From an uncultured Deinococcales bacterium (GTDB taxonomy: Bacteria; Deinococcota; Deinococci; Deinococcales; JAAFIG01), in contig CAXTTL010000004.1 in assembly GCA_964247135.1 (NCBI GenBank), positions 2,146 to 66,145 of the forward strand: a stretch of 64,000 nucleotides of DNA, given 5' to 3'. The position numbers and the translations under genes are program-made. The first letter of the stretch is position 1. Each line of letters starts with the position of its first letter. The notes under the pieces were generated by a model. That model ran no database searches and was not told where the DNA came from. It worked only from the letters and a program-made list of their open reading frames with translations. Of this stretch, positions 20,818 through 29,884 are shown piece by piece.

Positions 20818-21849
20818 ATGAACGAACTTGGCTCACAACCATCAGGGCAAGTCTACGCTCAACGGCTTGGTGCCCTGATGCCACGCCAATTCCAGACCGC
20901 ATTGACAAGGTTTGGTTTGGGCACGTTTGTGGACGCCACACCCGTCTCCCAAGGTCTTTTTGGTCAAAACGTTTTCGTCCGTAGTTCAAAGGGTGAATTC
21001 GTGCTTCGCGGTTCGCCGCATTATCCCTGGCAACTTCCCAAAGAACGTTTTGCTGCCACGCTCCTTCACGAGCGCACCACGATTCCTGTTGCCCATCCTT
21101 ACCTTCTTGACAGCTCGAGTGACATCTTCGGTTGGTCCTATCTGCTGATGCCTCGTCTGCACGGCACAAGCCCTGCTGACCAGCGTTTGACCAACGCCGA
21201 GCAGTTCGAGATTGCACAAACTTTGGGTTACAACTTGGTAAACCTGCATCAGTTGACCTATCCATTTGCAGGAGCGTATGACCTTGCATCAGATGGTATT
21301 GAGCCGTTCAGCCAAGGATTCGCGCAATGGATCGTTGCGGACATACGGCGCTGGTTGGTTGCAGCTCGAGCAAACGGGGTGGCGACCACAGAAGACGACA
21401 TCCTATGGGTCGAGCAGGTGATTGAGAAAGCAGATTCAGCCCTTGCGCATCCGTTCCAGCCCTGTTTTGTGATGAATGACTACAATCCTGGCAATGTACT
21501 CGTCAGTCATGAACACGGCTCATGGCAGGTCAGCGGTCTTTTTGATTTCATGGAATACTACTTTGGAGATGGGGAAGCTGACTTGATGCGCTTGATTGCC
21601 ATCTATCTCGAGCAGGGGAAGCAGCAGGGTTTGCGACTCGCTCAGGCTTTTATCGGTAGCTATCTGTCACAGAAACCGGCACGTGCGGGCTTTGCGGAAC
21701 GCTACGCCCTGTACATGCTGCGCGACCGCTTGATCATTTGGGAATATGGCACACGTCCAGGAAACAACTGGTTCGCTCAAGGTCAATCGTTTCGTGTCTA
21801 TGCCGAACCCTTTACCATCAGTTGGCGCTTGCTGGGCGTCGCAACCTGA
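20818..21849 (+). CDS. aminoglycoside phosphotransferase/kinase-like family protein
   Basis: GLFGQN..EFVLR N-lobe, NDYNPGNVLV Brenner-like motif, GLFDF; start 20818 or 20749. Confidence 0.75.
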   Translation: MNELGSQPSGQVYAQRLGALMPRQFQTALTRFGLGTFVDATPVSQGLFGQNVFVRSSKGEFVLRGSPHYPWQLPKERFAATLLHERTTIPVAHPYLLDSSSDIFGWSYLLMPRLHGTSPADQRLTNAEQFEIAQTLGYNLVNLHQLTYPFAGAYDLASDGIEPFSQGFAQWIVADIRRWLVAARANGVATTEDDILWVEQVIEKADSALAHPFQPCFVMNDYNPGNVLVSHEHGSWQVSGLFDFMEYYFGDGEADLMRLIAIYLEQGKQQGLRLAQAFIGSYLSQKPARAGFAERYALYMLRDRLIIWEYGTRPGNNWFAQGQSFRVYAEPFTISWRLLGVAT

Positions 21850-21935
21850 AGACCTGTTGCAGTAAAGGTTCTATCTCGAGCTTCTGAGCCTTGGGTAGAG
21901 TCGAAGTGCTCGATTGTATTCCGTGCCTTTGAAAT

Positions 21936-23294
21936 TTAATTCAAATCTTTTGCCAACCACCGCACCATGTTCACCGCAAGTTTGGCATTGTCCAAGTTCG
22001 CCCAATTGTTGTACTTGCTGCGCGTGCCATCCGAAAAACTGCCGTCAGAAAACATGCTCGAGTCGCCATAAGCCGCAACCCGACCATTTTGCACGGTGTT
22101 GCTGGCAAAATAGGTTTTGCCGTTCACGCCCATGAGCGCCGTCCCGCTCGAGACATCCACGCTTGTACCCACGTAAATTCCGGTTTTGTTGACCCCCTCG
22201 AGCATCGGGTTTTTGGTCAGTGGCGCGATGGTCAGCACTGGGTCTTGAAATGAACTTTGCAAGCTGAAACTCAAGCCAAAGATTTTGGCATCGAGGCTTT
22301 TTTGATACTCGAGCGGGACATTGGCAGGGGATTTTTGATCCCAACCGTCAAAGACTTCGGGCGAATCCCAACCGTCGTTGTCACGGTCACTGTCACGGTG
22401 GTCGGCAATCATCAGCAACCCACCACCGCCAGTCACAAAGCTCGAGATGGCATTGCGTTCGGCGTCCGAGAATGGATTTTGCGGTTCTGGAATCACCAGC
22501 ACGCCCGCGCCGTTCAGGTCGTTGCTCGAGATGCTTTTACCGGTCAAACTCGAGACTTCAAAGCCAAGTTTTTTCAGGGCGTCCGCCCAATCGCTGTACC
22601 CGCCGTCGATGCGCCAATCGCTGTTGCCTGCGGCTTCGTGTTTGGTCAGATCGAACAGAATGCGACGCTTGCCGCCGCTCGAGGTTTGGGTGGTCATCGG
22701 CGTTGAAGGTGCTGGTTTTAACGGGCTTGGACTGACAGAACTTAACGGAACGCTCGAGTCGTTTGCCACGCCTGGGCTGGGTTTGGAAATCTTGAAATCT
22801 GCGGCATTGTTGTCCGAATCCATTCCGTCGGGAACTCGCGCCAAGCTCGAGCCTGAAGGGGTGTCTTTTGCGGCTTGAGCTTCGCCTTTGGCTTTGCCGA
22901 CATTGCCATAAGCCACGGCATCCACAATACTCGAGCCATTAAGCAGTTGCACCGCTCCGCCTTTGTTGACCAAGTTTGCAGCTTCGTTGATTTGATTTGC
23001 GCCAGCCACCGTGTTGTCCTGAGCAACCACGAAATAACCCGATCTTGGAATGCTGCCCTCGAGTTTGATGCTGTTCGTGAGGTTGCCCTTGCCGTTCTGG
23101 GTTTGAATGCTAAAACCACTCAAACTGCTGCCAGCCGCACCTTTTAACTCGAGGAAACTGCCGTGATCTTCGCCAGGGCTGTCGTAATACATTTCGTTGA
23201 TGACAATTTTGCTGGTTTGCGCTTTCGCCGAAAGTGCGACCAGACCGATTGAGCCGAATGCCAAGGCGACGGCGAATTGAGAGGTGATTTTCAC
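21936..23294 (-). CDS. secreted protein: lamin-tail-like domain plus GATase-like/DUF4350-like domain
   Basis: Signal peptide; IVINEMYYD..FLEL, SLARVPDGMDSDNN..DF..PSPG; C-terminal LVIPEPQNPF, GGGLLMIADH, YGDSS. Confidence 0.7.
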   Translation of the reverse strand: MKITSQFAVALAFGSIGLVALSAKAQTSKIVINEMYYDSPGEDHGSFLELKGAAGSSLSGFSIQTQNGKGNLTNSIKLEGSIPRSGYFVVAQDNTVAGANQINEAANLVNKGGAVQLLNGSSIVDAVAYGNVGKAKGEAQAAKDTPSGSSLARVPDGMDSDNNAADFKISKPSPGVANDSSVPLSSVSPSPLKPAPSTPMTTQTSSGGKRRILFDLTKHEAAGNSDWRIDGGYSDWADALKKLGFEVSSLTGKSISSNDLNGAGVLVIPEPQNPFSDAERNAISSFVTGGGGLLMIADHRDSDRDNDGWDSPEVFDGWDQKSPANVPLEYQKSLDAKIFGLSFSLQSSFQDPVLTIAPLTKNPMLEGVNKTGIYVGTSVDVSSGTALMGVNGKTYFASNTVQNGRVAAYGDSSMFSDGSFSDGTRSKYNNWANLDNAKLAVNMVRWLAKDLN

Positions 23295-23339
23295 GGATTC
23301 AGATTACTCGAGATTGATGGAAGACATCTGAATCAAACC

Positions 23340-23669
23340 TTAAGCTCGAGGGTAATACGCACTGATCGCCGCGCCGATCAGTGCCAAACCCGCGCCAACC
23401 AAGCTGGGCATGTCAGGAACTCGAGCATCGATCAGCCAACTCCAAAGCAGCGCCAGCACGATAAACATGCCGCCGTATGCGGCATAGGTGCGTCCAAAGT
23501 CGAACGAGGCGGGTTGCAACGTGGGAATGATGCCGTAAAGCACCAAAATCAACGCACCGAACAGACCAAACCACCACGGGCGACTGAAACGCAACCACAA
23601 CCAGATCAGGTATCCGCCGCCGATTTCGGCAATGCCAGCCAGCACAAAGAGCGCAATCGAACGAATCAT
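23340..23669 (-). CDS. YnfA/UPF0060 membrane protein
   Basis: LAGIAEIGGGYL.W.W, FGRTYAAYGGMFI. Confidence 0.9.
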   Translation of the reverse strand: MIRSIALFVLAGIAEIGGGYLIWLWLRFSRPWWFGLFGALILVLYGIIPTLQPASFDFGRTYAAYGGMFIVLALLWSWLIDARVPDMPSLVGAGLALIGAAISAYYPRA

Positions 23670-23696
23670 GGGTTCAGTGTATTGCAGCCTCGAGCT

Positions 23697-24200
23697 TTAA
23701 AAGCTGACACCAATTTTTGCCAGGTCGGTTTTGAATTCTGCATCGCTGCTGATCCCGCCGCGCAAGGCTTTGGTGATGCCTTTGGCGTCGATAAAAAAAC
23801 TCCAAGGTTGTCCGTAAATGCCGTAGCGTTTGGTCACGGCGTCGATTGTGTCTGCCTTGCTCGAGCCTTGTGGTGGGTTGACCAGCACGTGCGAGAAGGT
23901 CCATTTTTTGGGTTTGACAAAGTCAATCACCTCTTGGGCGGCTTGCGTACCGTCACGGCTGACCGCCAAGAACACGAGTTTGTTTTTCAGTTTGGCAAAG
24001 CGTTTTGACAAGAGTGGCATTTCAACCGCGCAGACCTCGCACCAGGTTGCCCAGAAGGTCACGATCATGGGTTTGCCCAAAAAACTCGAGCGGGTCACAA
24101 GTTTTCCTGCGGTGTCGTACATCGTAAAATCTGGTGCGGCTTGATTTTGGGCGAAGCCAAAACCCAGTGTGAACACGAGCAGCAAGATCACAAATTTCAT
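23697..24200 (-). CDS. TlpA family thioredoxin-like protein
   Basis: Signal peptide, APDFT, FWATWCEVC..EMP. Confidence 0.9.
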   Translation of the reverse strand: MKFVILLLVFTLGFGFAQNQAAPDFTMYDTAGKLVTRSSFLGKPMIVTFWATWCEVCAVEMPLLSKRFAKLKNKLVFLAVSRDGTQAAQEVIDFVKPKKWTFSHVLVNPPQGSSKADTIDAVTKRYGIYGQPWSFFIDAKGITKALRGGISSDAEFKTDLAKIGVSF

Positions 24201-24204
24201 ACGG

Positions 24205-24639
24205 TTACCTCGAGTTTCGGAATTGCACAAGTTTATTTATGGGTCTGAGGCGCTTTTGAATTTCTGTCATTAAAGAGAACCTCGAGCGTCTGACCAGGCT
24301 TGATTTCTGGGTGGCATAACGCCATGCTAGAAAAAAACTGACGGCTGAAACCAAGGTCAATCCAGCATACAGCCAAGCCATGTGGCTTGCGAACCAAATC
24401 GCCAATGGTGTGCCTGCCAACACACCCAGAATGATCGGGGCGATCAATGGCACGCAACACGGGCTGGTCAGGCAGGCAACGCCGACCAAGACCGCACTCA
24501 AGACCGAATTGGGTTTTTGCGGCTGGAGATTGTTCGTTTGCTTGGTTTCACTCGAGCAACCACAACCCGCGTCGCTCGAGGTGGCAGGTTGGCAGGCGGC
24601 AAGTCCGTCTTTGGTGTTGCAGGTTTGTTCTGAGGTCAT
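24205..24639 (-). CDS. Cys-rich small membrane protein, MerE/MerT-like
   Basis: Hydrophobic helices with ACLTSPCCVP motif and N-terminal GCGC. Confidence 0.55.
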   Translation of the reverse strand: MTSEQTCNTKDGLAACQPATSSDAGCGCSSETKQTNNLQPQKPNSVLSAVLVGVACLTSPCCVPLIAPIILGVLAGTPLAIWFASHMAWLYAGLTLVSAVSFFLAWRYATQKSSLVRRSRFSLMTEIQKRLRPINKLVQFRNSR

Positions 24640-25067
24640 TCAGACACTTTCTTTAAAACTTGCGGAAAATCGAGCATTGCCCCGACCAATTTGGTTTTTA
24701 AGGCGGTGTCCCCAGCGGTTTCAAACATTTCCTCGAGCACTTCGGGTTTGGGTGCTCCAACCAAAACGGTTTTTAGCATTTCCTTGACGCCATTTCCCTC
24801 CAGACTCAGCCATAACACGCCGTTGTTGGCTTCAACCTCGAGTTTGAAATGGTAAAACGGGCAGCACAGGCGTTCGTGGTTGATAAAATTTGCCAAGTCC
24901 ATAAAGTAGTTTTTTTGGTTGGGCAGCCCAAAGGCGTAACCTGTGGGCAATTCCTTGACTTTTTGCACCGCCTGAAAAATCTGGGTTGAGTTTAAGATGT
25001 GCTCATCACGGTTTTCTGCCGGTATCGCCGAATAATTGCAGACCAGCGGTGATTCTTGAGGGTTCAT
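24636..25067 (-). CDS. hypothetical protein with ERLCCPF motif
   Basis: PLVC...GYAF...ERLCCPFYHFKL; SD GGAGG before ATG 25067. Confidence 0.7.
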   Translation of the reverse strand: MNPQESPLVCNYSAIPAENRDEHILNSTQIFQAVQKVKELPTGYAFGLPNQKNYFMDLANFINHERLCCPFYHFKLEVEANNGVLWLSLEGNGVKEMLKTVLVGAPKPEVLEEMFETAGDTALKTKLVGAMLDFPQVLKKVSE

Positions 25068-25108
25068 ATTGCCTCCTTCAAAAGTGTCTTTTGACACCTC
25101 AGGTTTTG

Positions 25109-25139
25109 ATCCTAAAACTTAAAGTGAACTTGAAGTCAA
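25109..25139 (-). promoter_or_regulatory. MerR-type promoter with 19-bp spacer and soxbox-like dyad
   Basis: Minus strand TTGACT-N19-TAGGAT overlapped by imperfect dyad CTTCAAGTTCACTTTAAG. Confidence 0.75.
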
Positions 25140-25148
25140 GGGGGCATT

Positions 25149-25535
25149 GTGGAAACAAGATTGAGCATTGGTGACGTGGCTCGAGCGGCGGGCATCGCAA
25201 CCTCGGCGGTGCGCTACTACGAAAGCATCGGTTTGCTGCCGGCTCCAGCCCGCCAGGGTGGTCAACGGCGTTACGAAACCAGCGTCATCAAAACCATTGG
25301 CTTTATTCAACTGGCGCAACACGCCGGATTTTCGATGCTCGAGATTGAAACCCTGCTGCATGGCTTCCCGACCCAAACATCTCCGAGCGCACGTTGGAAA
25401 GAACTGGCGGAGCATAAGCTTTTGGAAATTCAAATCCAACTTGAACGCATCCTCGAGATGAAACGCACGCTCGAGGAAGGGCTGAAATGCGGCTGTTTGA
25501 CGATTGACGAATGCAGTCCGAATTGTGCGTTTTGA
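25149..25535 (+). CDS. MerR family regulator, SoxR-like
   Basis: LSIGDVARAAGIATSAVRYYESIGLL, GGQRRY, C-terminal CGCLTIDEC. Confidence 0.85.
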   Translation: METRLSIGDVARAAGIATSAVRYYESIGLLPAPARQGGQRRYETSVIKTIGFIQLAQHAGFSMLEIETLLHGFPTQTSPSARWKELAEHKLLEIQIQLERILEMKRTLEEGLKCGCLTIDECSPNCAF

Positions 25536-25628
25536 ATTTGGCTTAATTCAGTGGACTTTTTCAACAAAATCAGTTGTCTTGAAAAAGATATGATTAGGCT
25601 ATTTCTGTGACAAAAAACAATGTCAATG

Positions 25629-26423
25629 TTACTCGAGGCGATTTTGGTAGGCTCTTAATTCCTCATCACTTAACTGGTTGGGTTGCACCAAGCGATATTG
25701 CCGTTCCTGTGTCAAACGCACACCGTCTTGGGTTTCTTGAAACCCGAACAATGCGATTTTACCCTCTGAAATAAATTGAGCACCAATGGAAAGACAGATT
25801 AAACCTGCAAACTTATGATTGCAAAGGGCTATGTCTTGCTCAATTTGCACAATGCTCAAGCGATCAGTACCACCCTTGGCTTGGACAGGAAAAACGTGGT
25901 GAGCACCTCTTCTATCCAGACCAACATAAATTTCATCAGTTTCAACTTGTCCCATACCTGGAACAGTGGTGCGAAGATGATTTTGCAAGCTGTATGAGGT
26001 TACACCTGTAAAAATATCAATCAGACGGTTGTACCGCAATTTTGCTAACAGTGCCTGCTCATCATTGCCACAATAACGCAAGACCAAACCTGGTGTCGAA
26101 TCGGGAATTTTGGTTTCAACAAGCAATGGATTGGGTACAATAGGCGCATCTGGAATTAATGCGAATTGATACTGCCCACGTCCAGCAGGACGAATCACCC
26201 AGACTTCACCTTCTGGGGCAGTCCTGGTAATACTGAGCGGGAAATTGGCTCGATAACGAAATGAATAGATCAGATCACCTAAATTTTTAGGTAAAGCAAT
26301 ACCAAGAATGGTAGCAACTCGAGTGAGTTCTTCACGTTCAAATGCAATGGTACGAGTACCATTTTGATAACGTTTTACAAAAATTTCTTCAATGATTTGT
26401 GCATAACGATTTTGTTTTGCCAT
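25629..26423 (-). CDS. putative type II restriction endonuclease
   Basis: PD-(D/E)xK-like ETDEIY..PVQAKG; directly downstream of a DNA methyltransferase; lower GC. Confidence 0.65.
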   Translation of the reverse strand: MAKQNRYAQIIEEIFVKRYQNGTRTIAFEREELTRVATILGIALPKNLGDLIYSFRYRANFPLSITRTAPEGEVWVIRPAGRGQYQFALIPDAPIVPNPLLVETKIPDSTPGLVLRYCGNDEQALLAKLRYNRLIDIFTGVTSYSLQNHLRTTVPGMGQVETDEIYVGLDRRGAHHVFPVQAKGGTDRLSIVQIEQDIALCNHKFAGLICLSIGAQFISEGKIALFGFQETQDGVRLTQERQYRLVQPNQLSDEELRAYQNRLE

Positions 26424-26431
26424 TATTTTTC

Positions 26432-27703
26432 TTACCCTCGCCAACGTAGCACAACAACTTCTTCGCGCAGTGATTCTTGGGTGGTCGTCGAAAATCGCGT
26501 GCGAAACAAATCAATGCTTACCAACTCGTAACCGAGTGACTGTGCGATTTCCGCAACAATTTGCCCTGTACGAATAAGAACACGCAGATACGAAGCCTGA
26601 TCGCCAACGACATAACCAAGGTACGCTCCTGGACGTAACACGGAACGTAGCGCCATGAGATGCCGAACAATTCCACCAAAATAAAGTTTAGTCACTCGAG
26701 CATAGAGTTTTTCAAAGCCACTGGTTTTCTCGAGTTCAATCCTGCGATTTTCTATTGCATTGGCAAGGCTGATGATGGAATCAAATTTTTGAACCCACTG
26801 GTCATCATCGTCGTTTTTGTAAACATTACGGGTGTTGGAACGTAAAAATTGTTGTTTCTGGTTTTTAAGATCGCTTTTTGTTTTCAAAAAATCCAGCAGC
26901 ACAGACTCTAAACGTGTTGTGCGCGTATAGTCTTTCTCGTTTGGGTATGGTGGCGAGGTAAACACAGCGTGAATGCTGTTCGGTTCAATAAGCGAATCAA
27001 TCACTCGAGCGTCAGCATGAAACACATGGCTTTCAAAAGTTTGAAGGTTTTGAACAGTTCGTAAATCTCCTGCCATGTCTTTAATATTGTTTAACCAAGC
27101 ACCAATAACGTCTACATCAAGCTTTTTCTTGGTACTCACCCCAACTTCTGGACCAAATCGTAAATTGCTGGCATCTGCAACAACAGTTTTTGCAAGTGCT
27201 AACAATTCGTGTGCCAGAAACCTTTCATTGTGCATTTCGAGCAGACATTCTTTTAAAACAAGGGCTTTATGCAGTGGTAATGGGCTGATCGAATCGGTTA
27301 AAAGTAACGATTGGGCTTCATTTGGCAACTCACGGTAAGGTTGGTCTTTGGTTTCAAGTAAATTTTTTGCAGCTTGAGCTACGATTCGCGCGTGTTGCAG
27401 CAAACCGTTTGGGTCAGGAGACCAGTCCGTTTTTGTGTGGGATGCAAAATGTGCCATTGCGTTCGCATCCACTCCAAAAGCTCTAAAACCAAGTTTTTTC
27501 GCCTCGAGGATGGTCGAACCTGTTCCGCAAAAAGGATCAAGAATGGTCTGACCCGCCTGTAAATCCCAGTGGTTCAAATAATCTCGTACCAGGTGTGCGG
27601 GAAAGGACAACACAAAACGATACCAGTCATGAATGCCACGATCCTCGAGCAGTAAACGATTGGAGGGATTGGAAATAATTGGAAGTTCAAAAAGTGATTG
27701 CAA
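26432..27703 (-). CDS. amino-DNA methyltransferase (SPPY, likely N4-cytosine)
   Basis: Motif I LDPFCGTGST precedes motif IV FTSPPY; likely TTG start 27703. Confidence 0.85.
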   Translation of the reverse strand: MQSLFELPIISNPSNRLLLEDRGIHDWYRFVLSFPAHLVRDYLNHWDLQAGQTILDPFCGTGSTILEAKKLGFRAFGVDANAMAHFASHTKTDWSPDPNGLLQHARIVAQAAKNLLETKDQPYRELPNEAQSLLLTDSISPLPLHKALVLKECLLEMHNERFLAHELLALAKTVVADASNLRFGPEVGVSTKKKLDVDVIGAWLNNIKDMAGDLRTVQNLQTFESHVFHADARVIDSLIEPNSIHAVFTSPPYPNEKDYTRTTRLESVLLDFLKTKSDLKNQKQQFLRSNTRNVYKNDDDDQWVQKFDSIISLANAIENRRIELEKTSGFEKLYARVTKLYFGGIVRHLMALRSVLRPGAYLGYVVGDQASYLRVLIRTGQIVAEIAQSLGYELVSIDLFRTRFSTTTQESLREEVVVLRWRG

Positions 27704-27897
27704 AGGATTTCCTCTTGGGTAACATGTTAAACCTCGAAATGCCAGGTTTGTATTTGCATTCACAGTACCACTTGCCAGAAACTCGAGTCGGATGCTACGG
27801 TAATCGGGTGATTGTCCTTTCCCCGCGACCAAGCCATAACGCCCACGGATTGCGGTGTCGCTGGGTGTAATTCAGGTTTGTCCCTCGAGAATTTTAT

Positions 27898-27925
27898 TCC
27901 GAACCCGCACGGTTCGGATTTTTTT
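27898..27925 (+). terminator. intrinsic terminator in proS leader
   Basis: TCCGAACC-CGCAC-GGTTCGGA followed by T7, ending 15 nt before the ATG. Confidence 0.65.
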
Positions 27926-27940
27926 ATGCCAAGGAGTGTT

Positions 27941-29635
27941 ATGCGCCGTTCACAACTGCACGCCCCAACCATTCGTGAAAACCCAACCGAAGCCGAAACC
28001 GTCTCGCACCGTTTGTTGTTGCGGGCTGGCTTTATCCGTCCACTCTCGAGCGGGATTTATTCGATGCTGCCCTTGGGTTTGCGCGTCAAACGAAAACTTG
28101 AGAATATTGTTCGTGAGGAATTAAACAACATTGGGGCGCTCGAGTTTGATTTGCCAAGCCTGCAACCAAGCGAAATCTGGAAAGAATCCGGGCGCTGGAA
28201 TGCGATAGGCACGGAAATGTTGCGGCTGCGCGACCGCTCTGGGCGCGAGATGTGCCTGGGCATGACGCACGAAGAAATTTTTACGGGGCTGGCAAAAGAG
28301 TTGCGCTCGTACCGCGAGCTGCCCAGCATTTGGTATCAGATCGCGCGAAAATTTCGGGACGAACCGCGCCCACGCGGTGGCATGATTCGCTTGCGCGAGT
28401 TCACGATGAAAGACAGTTATTCGTTTGCGATTGACGAGGCGGGTCTGGACGCGCAATTTGACGCGCACGAAAGCGCCTACCGAAAAATATTCGAGCGTTG
28501 CGGACTCGAGTTCGTGGTCGCCAGCGCCGACAACGGTTCGATGGGCGGCAGCGCCTCCAAAGAATTCGTGGCGCTCTGCGAGGCGGGCGAGGATTGGGTG
28601 GCGATCAGCGCGGGGGGTTACGCCGCGAACCTCGAGGTGGCAACCAGCATTTTAGAGCCTGTGAACGACGACCATGCCAGCACGGTGCTCGAGGAATTCG
28701 CCACGCCAGATGTTCACACGATTGATGACCTCGAGCGCTTTGGCGTGCCAGCAGTTCAGCAAATGAAAACGCTGGTCATGATGGCGCAGGGCGAACCGAT
28801 TGTGGTGATGCTACGCGGCGATCATCAGTTGAACGAAACCAAACTCGCTCGGGTTTTGGGGACAGACGATTTGCGCCCAGCCGAGGCGTTTGAAGCCCTC
28901 GAGATCATGGGCGCGAATTTCGGTAGCCTCGGACCGATTGGCGTGAAAGCCAGGATCATTGCCGATAAGGCACTCGAGGGAAGGCGCGGTATGGTCAGCG
29001 GGGCAAACAAAGACGGTTTTCATGTGCGCGGACTCGAGCCAGGACGGGATTTTCAGGCGCGTTTTGTCGATGTGCGCAGCGTCAAAGCGGGAGAACTCGC
29101 GCCCGGTGGCAGCGGAGTTCTCGAGGTGCGGCGCGGTTTGGAACTCGGGCATATTTTCAAGCTCGGGACAAAATACGCGGCGGCGCTGGGCGCGACCGTG
29201 CAAACCCAGGAGGGCAAATCTGCGCCGCTGGTGATGGGGTCTTACGGCATCGGCATTGAACGTCTGATGGCAGCCGTGATTGAGCGTCACCACGACGAGA
29301 AGGGTTTGAAATGGCTGCCGAACCTCGCGCCGTTTGAAATGATGTTGCTCGAGCTTGGCAACACGAACGGCGCGGCGACAGCGATTTACGAAGATTTAAG
29401 AAAAGCGGGTTTTGACGTGCTGTTTGACGACCGTGACGAACGTGCAGGCTCTAAATTTTCCGAAGCCGAATTGTTCGGCATTCCCATTGCCATCGTGGCG
29501 GGCGCAAAAAGTTTGGAACGTGGCGTGCTCGAGGTGCGAAACCGAATTTCAAATGAGGTCACTGAAGTCAAACTCGAGGATTTGAAACGTTTTTTGATGG
29601 ATTGGCGAACAGCAAACACGGGAATTCAATCGTGA
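27941..29635 (+). CDS. proS: proline--tRNA ligase, bacterial type with editing insertion domain
   Basis: SHRLLLRAGFIR, GMTHEE, KFRDEPRPRGG..R.REF.MKDSYSF, GHIFKLGTKY, MGSYGIG; SD AAGGAG before ATG 27941. Confidence 0.95.
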   Translation: MRRSQLHAPTIRENPTEAETVSHRLLLRAGFIRPLSSGIYSMLPLGLRVKRKLENIVREELNNIGALEFDLPSLQPSEIWKESGRWNAIGTEMLRLRDRSGREMCLGMTHEEIFTGLAKELRSYRELPSIWYQIARKFRDEPRPRGGMIRLREFTMKDSYSFAIDEAGLDAQFDAHESAYRKIFERCGLEFVVASADNGSMGGSASKEFVALCEAGEDWVAISAGGYAANLEVATSILEPVNDDHASTVLEEFATPDVHTIDDLERFGVPAVQQMKTLVMMAQGEPIVVMLRGDHQLNETKLARVLGTDDLRPAEAFEALEIMGANFGSLGPIGVKARIIADKALEGRRGMVSGANKDGFHVRGLEPGRDFQARFVDVRSVKAGELAPGGSGVLEVRRGLELGHIFKLGTKYAAALGATVQTQEGKSAPLVMGSYGIGIERLMAAVIERHHDEKGLKWLPNLAPFEMMLLELGNTNGAATAIYEDLRKAGFDVLFDDRDERAGSKFSEAELFGIPIAIVAGAKSLERGVLEVRNRISNEVTEVKLEDLKRFLMDWRTANTGIQS

Positions 29636-29877
29636 ACGTCTTGTTTCTCGAGGTGACGCTCGAGCGGCAAGATCAAAACGTGATTGAAATTTTGCAAGCG
29701 GTCAAAACCCAACTCGAGGCGCAATCGGGTTGCCAGCAAGCGCGATTGCTCCAAAACACCCAAGACCCGAATGTGTTGCTGCTCGAGAGCACTTGGGCGC
29801 TCGAGATGCCGGAAGTGATTGACGGTTTTCCGCTTGAAGGTTTGAAATGCCGCCGTTGGGCTTTTGAATCCATTTAA
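29632..29877 (+). CDS. antibiotic biosynthesis monooxygenase-like small protein
   Basis: GTG overlapping proS stop; QSGC..ARLLQN.QDPNVLLLESTW pattern. Confidence 0.6.
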   Translation: MNVLFLEVTLERQDQNVIEILQAVKTQLEAQSGCQQARLLQNTQDPNVLLLESTWALEMPEVIDGFPLEGLKCRRWAFESI

Positions 29878-29884
29878 ACAAATT

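Noticed and set aside
25629..27703. Assigning CTCGAG (XhoI-like) specificity to the R-M pair
   Set aside because: Nothing in the sequence establishes the target site
27780..27940. T-box upstream of proS
   Set aside because: No GGUGGnACCGCG-like T-box or stem I motifs; kept only as a possible attenuator
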